From: the human T2T-CHM13v2.0 reference genome, Homo sapiens
DNA: 64,000 nucleotides
Strand: one strand, 5' to 3'
NCBI RefSeq assembly: GCF_009914755.1
Contig: NC_060930.1
A program made the translations under genes and the position numbers. The notes beneath the pieces were generated by a model. That model was not told the origin of the DNA and searched no databases. It worked only from the letters and a program-made list of their open reading frames with translations. This document shows, in pieces, positions 27,561-41,154 of the stretch; position 1 is the first letter of the stretch; every line of letters starts with the position of its first letter.

Positions 27561-28172
27561 TAAGAAGTATGTAAAAAAGGAGTCAGAGACTAGCTTGTGA
27601 GAAAGAGCTGTACTCTTGTATTTCAATAAGGGCTATAGGCTTATATTTCAAGAAGAACCAAGGAACCAATTCACAGTTTCTGTTTTGAGATTTCTGAAAC
27701 CTTTATCACTGTCTCAGTGCTTGTTTCTTGTTTGCTGCTGCTTGGCTTTGTTGTATTTACTTACAGTAAAAATTCCCCAAAATAGAAAGGAGTAGCAGTG
27801 CCAGTTTTAAAGAGAGAAGAAGTTAGAAACTGTGTTCTGTTTTTCTGCTACCCTGAGCAGACAAGAATCCAGCAGGGAAAACCTGCTGGTGGCAGGGGAA
27901 GTGATAGCAGGATACTTAGCCAATGATGAGGGGTAAAAACTAAACATCTATTTAACACCAACTTGGGCCAGGTTGCACACTTTCCCACTAAGATGTATTT
28001 GAAGCATTTAAGTGTCCAAGTTGGTCTTTAGTTTTCCTTAAGCAAAGTGATTTGGATTACAAGGTCATTGGTTTGGCATTTTGGAAGTTTTTGAATACAA
28101 CCTGATCTACTTTAGTAAGGCTACCAAGAACAGGGATTCTGAGGCACAGGAAAAGAATAAGAGCTATGTTCA

Positions 28173-28518
<346 letters not shown>

Positions 28519-28867
28519 CTAAGGTGATAATTCAATTGCAGATATTACTTTTACTGTAGTGAGAAGTAACCGTGAGATTATTTGGTACATTTGAAGGGGA
28601 AAAAGTGGTGCCTAAGGCAACTAAGGAGAGTGAGAGGAAATAGAATAGAGAATATTGGCAAAGATCATGAAAGGGTATGAAAGTGAAACTCCAACTGTAA
28701 GAGAAAAACCACTACCAATTAATAATAGTTGTGGTGGTAGTAGTAGACACCCTGGTATCAAGTATTGAAATGTGACATTCCCAGGGATTCTTATAGGAGA
28801 CGAGAAACACCTAAAATTAAGTCACTTAGAAATCATTTCTGAAGGTGTCTAACCTCATTCATTTTAT

Positions 28868-29010
28868 TTGAGCCCACCTGAGATTAGCTGAGCCCTATCC
28901 AGACAAGCAGAACCACCAAACCCACCCACAGGCTTGTGAGAAATATTGAGTGGATTTTTTAAGCCATTAAATTTTGATGTGCTTGTTAGGCATCAATTGC
29001 TAACATACAC
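28868..29010 (+). mobile_element. MLT1 LTR 3' fragment
   Basis: ttttaagccattaaattttgatgtgcttgttaggcatcaattgctaacataca matches the MLT1 terminus. Confidence 0.75.
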
Positions 29011-29029
29011 ATAGAGTAGTATCATAAAA

Positions 29030-29710
29030 ATTTTAATAGATTACATGTTCTGTTAATATTTGTTTTATTTTGCAAAATAGTTTAAAATTATTTTCACCTT
29101 TTACCTTTTCCAACCCTACCAAAGAAACCAAAATAAATAGCCTCATATGTATCTTCTTCTCACCTTTTTCCATATTCTTAGTTTCCCATATACACTGATG
29201 TACATTTATCGACTCTTTTCTAAGGGTTTTGTTTAAGAGATCATACTGTATATTTTTCTCTGTCTTCCTTTGCTCATCTAACAGTACACTGTGGGGATAA
29301 TTCCAAGTCAATGAATCTAGATATAGCTCATTCTTTTTAAGAGCTCCATAACATTTCATTATATAAATATACCACAGTTTATTGAACCATTCTTCTAATC
29401 ACAAGTATTCCGATATTTAACAGTTTCTTGTCATTACAAACAATGCTATAATAAACATTTTTCTTCTACTTTCCTAAAATTCTTAGTTCTAAGTTTACTC
29501 TAAACTTTTTTTTACTCTAAACTTCTAATATTCTTATATACCAGTGCTTTTATTTCTATAATGTGATGAAGACCCAGAGGAGATAGCTAGGTCAATAGGT
29601 ATGTGTATTGTTTTAAACAGATATTTCCAGAATAGTTTTCTGTAACCAGGAAGAAATTCACATTTCTACCAGTGATATAGGTTATGCCCTTCCCTCCACA
29701 ACTCACCCCT
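29030..29710 (-). mobile_element. Ancient L1M (L1ME-type) 3' fragment
   Basis: tagctcattctttttaa...ataccacagtttattgaaccattcttc...attacaaacaatgcta is the reverse L1M end. Confidence 0.75.
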
Positions 29711-31032
29711 GCCACTGTCTCCTCCTCTCTAGGTCTTGCCATCAATCTTTAGTTTGGCATGACCATATATGGATGCTGATCCTGGCTCCCATGAGCACCA
29801 GCAAGAGAGACAAAGTTCTTTGCTTCCCACGCTCTTCTTTCTTGCTCTTTACATGAAGGTGGGGCTCTATGGCTACATCGATGGTTGTGTACAGCCTGGG
29901 CTGCTGTCCCCTCCCTTGTGTGATATCCACACATTCCAGTTTCCCTGTTCTCTAGCACACGCAGCAGTCCTCTCCCTGAAGATGAGAAATGTCCCTGACT
30001 TCCACTCTTCTGGCAGCTGCTTGAGCTCTCAATGTCTTAACAGAGACTTAAGAAATTCTTCATTTTTTCTTTTTATTTTCTCTGGCTTTCTTTTTATTTT
30101 CCAGAGCCTTCTCAGGTTAAAGCTGCAGAACAAATCTGCGGGGCAAAGGGCAGGAGTTGAGGATGGTATAAGCACGATCCCTAAGCACCATGTACTTAAA
30201 ATACTCCTTCATTTCACTCTCTGCACATTGGCCATGCTCTTGGAAAAAGCTTCCTAGATTATTCTTTTCCTTGAGGCTCCATGGGCTTAGACCACCACTG
30301 GCCTTCCAGGATGTCTGCGTTTGTAGTGTGTACAATCTGGGATCTACTTTATAGCCACCAAAGATCTTTACTGCATATGGGTATCAAAGGGAATTAGCTT
30401 TTCTTCATTATCTGTTCTTATCTTACAAGAATTTGCAATATTGACTAATTAATGGTCCTCACACTCACATTATTTGATCCTCACAAATCAACACACAGTC
30501 AATAGCAAAGAACATAAAAGAAATCCATAGAAAACTAAAGGAAAAAAGATAATCTTGTAATGACTTGAAAATCTTTGCTTCTCTTTTCAAATGTAAGTTC
30601 CTTCCTCTGAGAAACAAGATGGAAAGAATGAAGAAGATGGAATTTCTGAGCAACATCTATAGGGATATGCATGTGAGCACAGGCTACAACATGTTCTCTG
30701 GCCTCTATGACATTGGAAGTGGCAAGAGAAAATGTATATAACCACGGCCAAAAGAAGCCTTCTTCCTTTCACTCTATCTTTGACCCTGAATTATTTATTA
30801 TCCTTAGAAGCACAATAGAGATCAATGTGATTGACATTATAAGAACCAAAGATTTTACTTCCATGGAAACTTACTTTTCAAAAAGTCACTGTGGATGGGT
30901 TAACCCAGCTGGCAACATAGATATGATTTTCCTTCTCTCTACATTGTCTTTTTTGACTAGGCAGGCAGTTGAATGGCTCTATAAGCCAGAGACCAGTGAG
31001 ATATAAAACAAGGTGATGACTCACCTTGAACA

Positions 31033-31238
31033 GGATGGAATTGACATGCTATCACCTTGTAGAGATGTAAGTGCCAGAAACACAGTTGGAATTTTGATGG
31101 GTAATAATTATTAAATCTGAATAATTAAGCATATCTATTCTTAGGGATTATTAGACCTAATAATTATTACCCAGAAAAAATATGTGTGGCTTTGAAATCG
31201 ACATTTTATCACCAATGATGAGCCTGTCAATTCCATCC
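31033..31238. repeat. 206-bp imperfect palindrome/hairpin, possibly an ancient MITE-like element
   Basis: Perfect 14-bp outer arms (31033-31046 / 31225-31238), perfect 16-bp inner arms (31098-31113 / 31158-31173) and partial pairing between them. Confidence 0.9.
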
Positions 31239-31481
31239 CATTAGCCAGTTTTTGTTGCCATCTAATGTTAATGTAAGGAAGTCACTGGAAATCACAGTTT
31301 ATAACAGTACACACTTACATGTACTGTTTAGTGAAGTATAAACTATCAAAAGACTTTACTATTTATGCACAGAACACCTAACATTCTGATTCATTAAAAA
31401 CAATTATAGTGTGACCAGATAGCATTTCACACTTCTCACTCTAGCAACTTCACTAAAAGAAAGGAAAAAGACAAGTGAAGG

Positions 31482-31670
31482 ATCAACATTTATTGGCTAC
31501 ATACAGATGCTGACTATTTTACATTCCCCATTCCATATAATAATCACAACTACTTTATCATTAGTCTTTGGTTATAAGGAAACTGAAGCTTTGAGAAATA
31601 AAGTCCCTTGCCGGGTCCACAGAACTGGTCAAGGATAAAGGTGGGATTTGAACCCAGATCAGCCTATTTC
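31482..31670 (-). mobile_element. MIR
   Basis: caacatttattgg...ataaggaaactgaagct...gggatttgaacccagatc. Confidence 0.8.
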
Positions 31671-31828
31671 TCATGCTTCACAACATAAGATATATGTTCC
31701 ATGAAGCATAATTCAAGAAAAGGAAAAAAAAAAGCAAACCATTTGACTAATAATTTCAAGCTGTATATGGAGTGGAATTCAAAAGTCACATGGATTTGTA
31801 GAATAAACTGATGTTTATTGTACAAATA

Positions 31829-32066
31829 AAGGCCACAGATTTGAACCAGGCCTGTCTGATTTTAAAGCTATGTACTCTCCACAACCCTGCTGTATCTCCA
31901 CCAACACATATTCTTTATCCCCATTGCTGAGAGAAACAAATGTTGCCAAATGCTTTCCAGAAAAGCAACTTGAATTTTCTTTGAGATTACTATGGGTTTG
32001 TTAAACTTGATTGACCCTAATATTACAGTTGGAAATAAAAGGTTGTTTTTAAAAGCAAAAATTAGG
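31829..32066 (+). repeat. Local direct duplication, copy 1 (partner 33760-34015)
   Basis: About 90% identical by eye over ~240 bp. Also visible as near-identical minus-strand ORF translations (31868-32230 vs 33810-34007). Confidence 0.95.
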
Positions 32067-32694
32067 GGTAAAAGGGTTAAAAACTTTTTTTTAATTGGCA
32101 CAAGGCAACTTTCAAAGGAAAGTTGAGAACACCAAGCTGGGGCAGAAACAGACAAGTCACTGGGCAGAGGCAGAAGCCCAGGGATTAGCAGTAGCTGGCA
32201 TGGTGATGCTGGCAGCAGCTGCAGCAACATTCATTTTACTCAATTCATCTTATTTCAGCTATCAAACCAGGTGGTCACAGGAACAATGAGGGTACGAACT
32301 TGTTTTCAGGATGTTGCCAAATGTTTTCCTCAAGAAAACATGATTCAGATATGTTATATCATTGGAGTATTTACAAGGTCAAGGAACACCCATAGCGCTT
32401 GGTGACACATCAGAAAGGAAGTATTAAATCTGGGTTAAAGAGCTGGACTGACTGTGTGAGCCCCATAAAGTGTGTTCTGTTCTGTTAGGCATCATGAATT
32501 TTGTTAGAAATCAGCCCAGGATAAAGAACATGTTAATTTGACCTCCAAAAGCCTTCAGGCACTATATGCATTTGTAAGTAGTAAAAGTAAACCACAGAGA
32601 TTTTGTTTCGGGACCAGATAGAAACATGAGGCAGAAAAGGAAAAGTTCTGTATTTCAATGTCTTTATTTTCAGTATGGGCCGAGGAGTGCAGAT

Positions 32695-32928
32695 CACTGC
32701 TTTTAAAATCACCAGTCATGAAATCAATTCAGTGGCACTGACAAATATTATTTTAAAATGAACTACGATAGAAAATAGCAGAGTATATTGCCTATAGTAA
32801 AAGTAAGAATTGTTTCATTAAAATTTCCTTCAGTTATGTACATACAGGCACACATAAGTTTGTGTGCACTGGGACACAATATATAGAATTTCTTAATGTG
32901 TGTCACAAATAAATTTGAAAGCCACTGG
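32695..32928. mobile_element. Non-autonomous hAT-Charlie-type MER element
   Basis: tcatgaaatcaattcagtgg...gtaagaattgtttcatt...aaatttgaaagccactg terminus. Subfamily not assigned. Confidence 0.7.
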
Positions 32929-33315
32929 TCTAGATGACATCTAAAGTGGCTTCTGGCTCTAAAACCACATGATTCTGCTTTCATGCAAGTTGGTGGCATC
33001 CGGCGCAACTTATTGCAGCCTCCAAGTTTCCTGTAGGTTGCTTAGAGATGGCTACAAATGGTCTCAGAGGGGCTGACGTGTCAGAGCTGCAATCTGCCAA
33101 ATCCAGGGCAGCTCCACTTTCATCTCCGGTACATAGTGTGTTAAGCAGCAAGGTGTGCATGCATTAAGGGCAATACAGCCTCTGGAAACAAAAAATAGCT
33201 TGAAACCCATGGTCCAAGGATATGCTAAGAAATCTAGAGCCTGTGATCCCCCCACAGACAGGGAAGAGATGCTAAAATGTCCCCATATGGGCCAAACACA
33301 TTATGTATTTTCTGC

Positions 33316-33620
<305 letters not shown>

Positions 33621-33759
33621 TATCTATATTAGTTTATTTCATTTTCACAACGCTTTTAGGCTATTAGGTCTCTCTTCCCTCTTTGGCTATTATGTCTCTC
33701 TTCCCTCTTTTAATAGTTGAATAAAAAGAAGTTTAGAAAAATAAATAAGTGACATGCTC

Positions 33760-34015
33760 AAGGCCACAGATTTGAATCTAGCTAGGGCTGAACCAGGCCC
33801 TGTCTGATTTTAAAGCCATGTACTCTCCACCACCCTGCTGTATCTCCACCAACATATATTTTTTATGTCCATTGCTGAGAGAAACAAATGATGCCAAATG
33901 CTTTCCAGAAAAGCAACTTGACTTTTCTTTGGGATTACTAAGTGTTTGTTAAACTTGATTGAACCTAATATTGCAGTTGGAAATAAACGGTTGTTTTTTA
34001 AAAGCAAAAATTAGG
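33760..34015 (+). repeat. Local direct duplication, copy 2; begins inside a minus-strand MIR
   Basis: Matches 31829-32066 and is continuous with upstream MIR text (taagtgacatgctcaaggccacag). Confidence 0.95.
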
Positions 34016-36113
34016 AGTGAAGGAAGAAAAGGTAAGTATGTAGAGGGAATTAGAGACCGATAAGGTTCCCAATATCGACAGTTCTTTTTAGAATGACTCT
34101 CTGAAAAACAAAGGAGAAAAAGGGAGAATGCTGAATTCAGCTTTCACAAAGTCATGAACAGCTGGAGTGTTTCTGCATGATTTATCCCAATGTAACAAGT
34201 TTGGAATTTTTAAGTTTTGGGAAGGAGACATGAAATGAAGTTCATGTTAGTTTTGGGTTATCTTTGTAACAGTTACCCTTTGATGCCTAGGAATCTTCAA
34301 TTTGGAAATCTAGATAATATGTTCCTTGCACAGCGAAGATTTGAGAGTCATCCCCTGGACTTGGAACATTAACCTTCCTACCTCAGGACTACTTTACCCA
34401 TTGAAACCAGCCTCTTTTGTGTGGAGGCATTTCTTGGCTTTCTTGCTAGAGTTTAGGACTCTCCACCGGCGTTGTGTTAGCATTTCGATGAGGACAACAG
34501 TTCACGGGAGACCTTTCTTCAAACACTGAGTTTCTGGTTCATTCAAATTTCTGTTTTGGGCTCCCAGAAAAATACCATCGAGAAAGGACAGATGTGCCAG
34601 TGAACTAGGAACATCCTGAGTGGGTCAGGATATGCTCCAGAGGTACAATGACCTTCCCTTATTTGTGGTGACAAGAGCTTCTACTTCGAGATTGGCAGGG
34701 GCCCCAGAAACCTGCCAGTTTACATTGCTAGGCAAACGATGAATGGTACTGTTACAGTCAGTGCCACATTTTAAAGACCTTGTTTGGACAGTAAATTGGC
34801 TTGAAATAAAACATGAAGAATCTGGCTGTGATTTCAATGCCCAGGTGAGATGGTTTCAAAGCCTGGGGGAAAGGGCAAAGAGGGTGTGAATCTTCAATCA
34901 AGAAACTAAATAGCAGCTGTTCCCATAGGCAAGCAGTACAAATGATTCTGCTACTGAGATAGGCTTACAACAGATCCAAACTAATCTTGGTGAAACTGTG
35001 CTCTAAATTATTAGTGTTAACAAGCATTTACTAAGACAGTTGCATTATTTTCTCTCCTCAGAATTTCAGAGCCTAGCAAACCCCTCCTGCCCCCCTGCCC
35101 CTCTGTTTGTCATTCCATTACAGTATCTGTTTTGTTTTTTGTTTTTTTCATTTCTACAAAGGAAAAAGGGCACTCCCAAGGATGGGCATAAAGATGGAAT
35201 CATTAGGAAACAATAACAAACTGTTCATTCTCATTCAGGGCGTCAGCTATAGATTCCACCCAATTATTATTCCTCCCAACTATTTAGTACACATCAGGAG
35301 GCTACTTTGATCCCCAGGAGTTGCATAGGCAGACCAAATACTTGAATCTACTCTCTTAATATGCAGGAGGTGAGAATGAACTTTAGAAGTCCAGCTCATG
35401 GTCTCATCATGACCATAAGTCTATCTTTTCTTTTTGACAGTGACCTTTTAATTCAAAGAGTGCCCATTTTCCTAAAGGTTTCACACTATTGCCGAATTCA
35501 GTGTTGAAGAATGCTTCCTCCAGTTTCCAACTTCTACTTGATTTAAATATTGCCCAAGTTGGTCACTCTCAGGAGCTGATAAAGTGCTAGGTACAGGCTG
35601 TGACAAATATTTGATTTTAAAAAAAGTACGTGCCAGTTATCTGCCCACAGAATATCAGAGAGGTATTGAGGAATTATTCTTATATATCTTTATCCTGCCA
35701 CTTTAACTTAAAAAAAATTTTTGACGGACACTTCATAGTGAGGAAATAGCAGCTGCAGGCACAGGAAACCAGAAGTATGAAGATTTTGCTAGGGCACAGT
35801 AAAGCTTTCAGTGGTCTAGTTGAGGATGAGTAGGGGCAGTCAGGGGCCCAGAACTGAGGATTACAGAGGTAGGATAGATGTTATGTGGGAAATGTACCCA
35901 CTCTCTTTTGTCCGACATTCCTTAGACTTATGCCAGTATTCCTTACTCTTAACCTGTTGCTGTTTTGTCCTTTTCCTCTTCTACCCACAAGCAAACAAAC
36001 AAATTAAAAAGATAACTTAATTCCAGGCTGTTGATGAGAAATGTGGAGTACTTGTCAGAAAGCATCACAGTATAATGCAAAGAAGAGGAGGCTGTGTTCA
36101 GACACTTGAGCTG

Positions 36114-38025
36114 TCATGGATTGAAAGGATCAATATTATGAAAATGACCATACTGCCCAAAGCAATCTACATATTCAATGCAATTCTTACCGAAATACCA
36201 ATGTCATTTTTCACAGAATTAGAAAAACAAATCCTACAATTCAAATGGAACCAAATAGAGCCCAAATAGCCAAAGCAATCTTAAGCAAAAAGAGCGAAAC
36301 CAGAGGCATCGCATTACCTGACTTCAAACTATACTACAAGGCTACAGTAATCAAAACAGCATGGTACTGATATAAAAGTAGATGTATAGACTAGTGGAAC
36401 AGAATTTGAAAACCCAGAAATAAATCCAAATACCTACAAGCAACTGATCTTCACCAAAGCAGAAAAAAATATACACTGTGGAAAGGACTCCCTACTCAAC
36501 AAATGGTGCTGGGAAAATAGGATAGGCACATGCAGAAGAATGACACTGGGTCCCTATTTCTTACCATATACAAAAATCAACTCAAGGTAGATTAAAGACT
36601 TAAGTGTAAGACCTGAAGTCATAAATATTCTGGAAGGAAAACTAAGAAAAATTCTTCTGGACATTGGTTTACGCAAAGAATTTATGACTAAGACCTCAAA
36701 AGCAAATGCAACCAAACAAAAATAAATTAATGAGACTTAATTAAACTAAAAAGTTTCTGCACAGCAAAAGAAATAATCAACAGAGTAAATAGCCTACAGA
36801 ATGGGAGAAAAATATTTGCCAACTATACATCCAACAAAGGACTAATATCCAGAATCTACAAGAAACTGAAACAAATTAACCAAAAAAGTAATTATCCCAT
36901 TAAAAAATAGGCAAATGACATGAACAGACATTTATCAAAAAAAGATACACAAATGGCCAACAAACATGAAAAAATACTCAACATCACTAATCATCAGGGA
37001 AATTCAAACTAAAGCCACAATGAGACACCATCTCACACCAGTGAAAATAATCAGAATGGCCATTATTAAAATGTCAAAAACTGGCTGGGCACAATGGCTC
37101 ACTCCTGTAATCCCAGCATTTTGGGAGGCCAAGGCAGGCAGATCATCTGAGGGTAGGAGTTTGAGACCAGCCTAGCCAACAAGGCAAAACCCCATCTCTA
37201 CTAAAAATACAAAAATTGGCCGGACATAGTGGCATGCACCTGTAATCCCAGTTACTTGGGAGACTAAGACAGGAGAATCACTTGAACCCAGAAGGCGGAG
37301 GTTGCAGTGAGCTGAGATCATGCAATTTCACTCCAGCCTGGACAATAAGAGCAAAACTCTGTCTCAAAAAAAACAAAAAAAGTCAAAAACTAATAGATGT
37401 TGGTGCAGATGCAGTGAAAAGAGAATGCTTATACACTGTTGGTGCAAATGTAAATTTGTACAACCTCTGTGGAAAACAGAATGGAGATTTCTCAAGGAAC
37501 TAAAAGTAGATCTACCATTTTATCCAGTAGCACTACTGAGCCACTACTAGGTAGCCACCCAAAAGAAAAGAAGTCACTGTACCAAAAATATACCTGCACT
37601 CTGTTTTTATTGCAGCACAATTCACAATCACAAAGATATAGAATCAACCTAAGTGCCCATCAACTGATGAGTGGATAAAGACAATTTCACACCACAAGAT
37701 ACTACTCAGCCATAAAAAAAGAAGAAAATAATGTCTTTTGGAGCATCTTGGAAGGAACTTGAGGCCATTATCCTAATAAGTAACCAAATACCACATGTTC
37801 TCACTTACAGGTGGAAGCTAAGCTATGGTTACATAGGAACGTATAGACCGGTATAATGAACATTGGAGACTCAAAAGAGAGAGTGGGAGGGTGGTGAGTA
37901 ATGAAAAATTACCTATTGGGTACAATATACACTATTTAGGTAAGAAGTACACTAAAAACCCAGACTTCATCATGTAACCAAAACCCACTTGTACCCCTAA
38001 ATCTATTGAAATTTTTTTAAAAAAT
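36114..38025 (+). mobile_element. L1PB-type 5'-truncated LINE-1 containing an Alu
   Basis: ORF2 remnant [24 protein letters not shown]; L1PB-type 3' UTR; TSD agacacttgagctg (36100) / agatacctgagctg (38028). Confidence 0.95.
37083..37380 (+). mobile_element. AluS (Sq/Sx-like) inserted in the L1PB
   Basis: Full Alu; TSD aaaatgtcaaaaact / aaaaagtcaaaaact. Confidence 0.96.
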
Positions 38026-38812
38026 GAAGATACCTGAGCTGACATCCTGGTTGTGTGACTGGTAACAGTGTGATAGATGAACTCCCAAATAACTAGAGAA
38101 AATGATTTTTCATTCAAAATGCCCTTTCTTCCCGCCAGTTTGGCACTATACCTATATGTAAGGTTGCCCCTGTCGAGAGCTATAAAGACAGTGAAATGGT
38201 GTGAGTGACCAAAAACCAAAAATGTTATTTTTATCTCTTAGTTTCAAGGTAAGTATAAGTACAATATAAACATGGACTGCTTCTCTCGTGGGTTTCTCCT
38301 ATTGAATCTCTTTCATTCATTCTGTGGGGTTTGCTTCATCTCTTTTGATTTAATTTTGTGCCTATGGAGCTCTCCTCTACTTTTCCCAAACTCTTTAAGC
38401 ATGTCTTCCTATCTGTGGTTTTTGAATCAAGAATGATCTGATGGCTGTATTCACAAACACTATGGCTTTTCTGAAAGGTGTCAGTACAAGACTTCAACCC
38501 AGTCCCTTTTTCCTTGAATTTTTTCCAGAGGTATGATGTTTCTGGGAGCTAAGACTCAGAGGAAGAAACAGATACAAGACTACGTCTATATGACATAAAG
38601 CCAGTGACTAATAAATTGTTCATTAAATATATATTCTGGTCAGTGAAGATGTCTATCAGAAAAGTTGTTTGGCAAATTATATGAAAATAAAAACATCATG
38701 TGTGTGAATCTTTCATTTCTCTTATTAGTTGTCATAGTATAGAATCAAAATTAGGAATATAGAGGTTAGAAATACATGAAAGAAATACGAGATAAAAGAA
38801 ATGTATCAATTA

Positions 38813-38888
38813 TTAGGTTGGGGCCAAACTGATTATGGTTTTGCCATTACATTTAATGGCCAAAACCGCTATTACTAACTAACCCAAA
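38813..38888. mobile_element. MADE1 mariner (Hsmar1-derived) MITE, right arm degraded
   Basis: ttaggttggggccaaactgattatggttttgccattacatttaatggccaaaaccgctattac matches the 80-bp palindromic MADE1 and is flanked by TA on both sides. Confidence 0.85.
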
Positions 38889-40254
38889 TATTTCTTGGGA
38901 TCTGGAAAAATGAGTTTTCAGTGTACATTCTACAGATTTCATGAACAGGAGATTATGTATTTCATAATACATATTTCTTAATTAGATTTCATTAAAGAAG
39001 CAAAATAAACGACACACAAACTAAAACAACCTCTTCTTTTACAATAAAAATTAGGTCTCCAGATTTATTTTGTTGATTTCCCCTATTATTTCCCTGTTTA
39101 ATCCTTTGCCCCTTTCTTCAAAAAGACAAAGTGACAAAATTCCAGAGTCCAGCTGTAACCTTTAGGACTCAGTTTTAACTTAGCCCCATCTTCTTTCCTA
39201 ACATACTCCCTCAATGAAAGGTAAACATCAGCTTTATTTTTTTGTTAGTCCACCCTCAATTAAAACATTTAGGGACTCATTATCCATATAGCATACTGTG
39301 CAGGATGTATCTATGTCCTCCCCCTTCCTTTCTTTCTTAACTTTTACCAATTTTTCTTCCCATTAACAGTTCACTCTGTCTGCACATGAAGGAAGAACCA
39401 TAAATGCTGTTAAGTGTTCAGGTAAAAGGGTCAACGGTATTCTGATAATTTAAAAGGAGTGTCTCAAACAAGGTAGGTAGGGGATTGTAATTTTGCGCAT
39501 GTTCATAATTGAGGGTTAGCTGTATAGTCACCAGCTAAATGAAGACGTTAGAACAGACTCTCTGAGCTACACCATCTAATTTAATTCTAGGGATGCTCCA
39601 AGAAAGGTCGCTGTGTAAAGAGATAAACCAAGGTCTCCACATTCTCCTTTTTTCTTCACTCTCCTCTAATAAAAGAGTAGCTATTCCTTATAAATTTTTT
39701 TAAAGCAAATTGGAATGTTCTGCCTCTACTAATAAGCACCCAGAATGATAAAATACAGACATTACTCACATAATATGAGCACTGCTGAAACTACAAACAC
39801 ATCATTTTCTATTGCAAGCAGAGCAAGAAATAGCTATTTTTGTGGATCTGCAGAGTGATTTGATTGTGTACAAAAGAAGCAAGTGAAAATCACACCAGAG
39901 TGAAAATTGTATTACACACATGAGGAAGATAACTTACCAGTCTGTGCACAACTAATGGTTAGATATGGAATGAAGTTCGTTTGAGCCCTTAACTGGAAAA
40001 ATATACTCTATAACTTTTCACTGGAAATGTATTTTTAAGGAATAAACATTTTGTTGTTGATGTCATGGTGGTGGTTTTTTGTTTTGGCTTTCTCTGTTAG
40101 TTTAAGGCAATTGTTTTTAGGGCTTTCTCAAGAAAAAATACTTGAATAACTAGTAAGTGGTGATTGCTCACCCAGGAATTAATCAATTTGTTATATACTT
40201 TCTTGATATGCCCCATATTCATTATGGTATTTGAAAAAAATTAGAGAACCCACT

Positions 40255-40350
40255 GGAGTTGTTATTATGATTAAATGAAATAGTCAACATCATAAATAAA
40301 TAAATACTTAAATGAGAGGCACATATCCGGTGCTCTATAAGTGTTGGCTG
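40255..40350 (+). mobile_element. MIR 3' fragment
   Basis: ggagttgttattatgattaaatgaaata...ggcacata...gtgctctataagtgttggctg. Confidence 0.55.
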
Positions 40351-41154
40351 TCAGGGATAACACATTTACAAAGACTACTGTCTCTTACCATATAAAGTAT
40401 TCCAATTTTTGCTTCTGCATCATTCCTAATTCAAGCGGTTTGGGATGAGTAATTGGTCCAGCCCCATTCCTTAACTTTCTCTGTAGAAAATACAAAGTTC
40501 CACATGCAAAAAAACAAAAAAAAAAAAAAAAAACACCCTGCTAGTTAGAGAAGAACAATTTCTTGAGGTTGTTAACAGAGAAAAATACACTTGCCTCTTT
40601 TTTATTTGACTTATTAGATTTTTTAAATCGTATTTGGCAAAAAAAAAAAAAAGAAGGGAAGGAAGGATGGGTAAAAATAGAAAAGTAACTCCCAGGCCAT
40701 TTGCATGGGCAAGGCCATAAGCTAAAATAGCCAAATTATCCATTAAACTAAAATAAACTTAACTTCAGACACTATAATCTCCCCTATTTCAGTTTCCCCA
40801 ATTTGCTTAAGGAAATAAAATTTTATTAAGTAATATTGGAGAAAAACACATTTATCTTATACTGAGAAGTATCACTTTCCATTTAGGGGTGCCTGGATTT
40901 TAATGATAACAGCAAAAAATCTGGGGTCTTTCTACTGTGCCCGCATATTTTTATGGACAAGATTTATTTGACAGAAAGTAACCATTTCATTACTTCAGGA
41001 CATTACATTCAAATTTAGATATATATGTACATAGGTATGTATACATACATCTATATACACACAACTGTTCATTTATACATGTAGATAAATACACACATGT
41101 ATCCATATGAACATATGCCGAGAGAGGGAAAGTTTTATCAAAAATGTAATCTAG

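Noticed and set aside
27869-27895. 8-bp hairpin ccagcagg-gaaaa-cctgctgg overlapping a CTCF-like cctgctggtggcag
   Set aside because: Short stem and two departures from the CTCF core; chance level without data.
29769-30257. 162-aa ORF with hydrophobic stretches
   Set aside because: Hydrophobicity comes from T-rich low-complexity DNA; no family resemblance or exon evidence.
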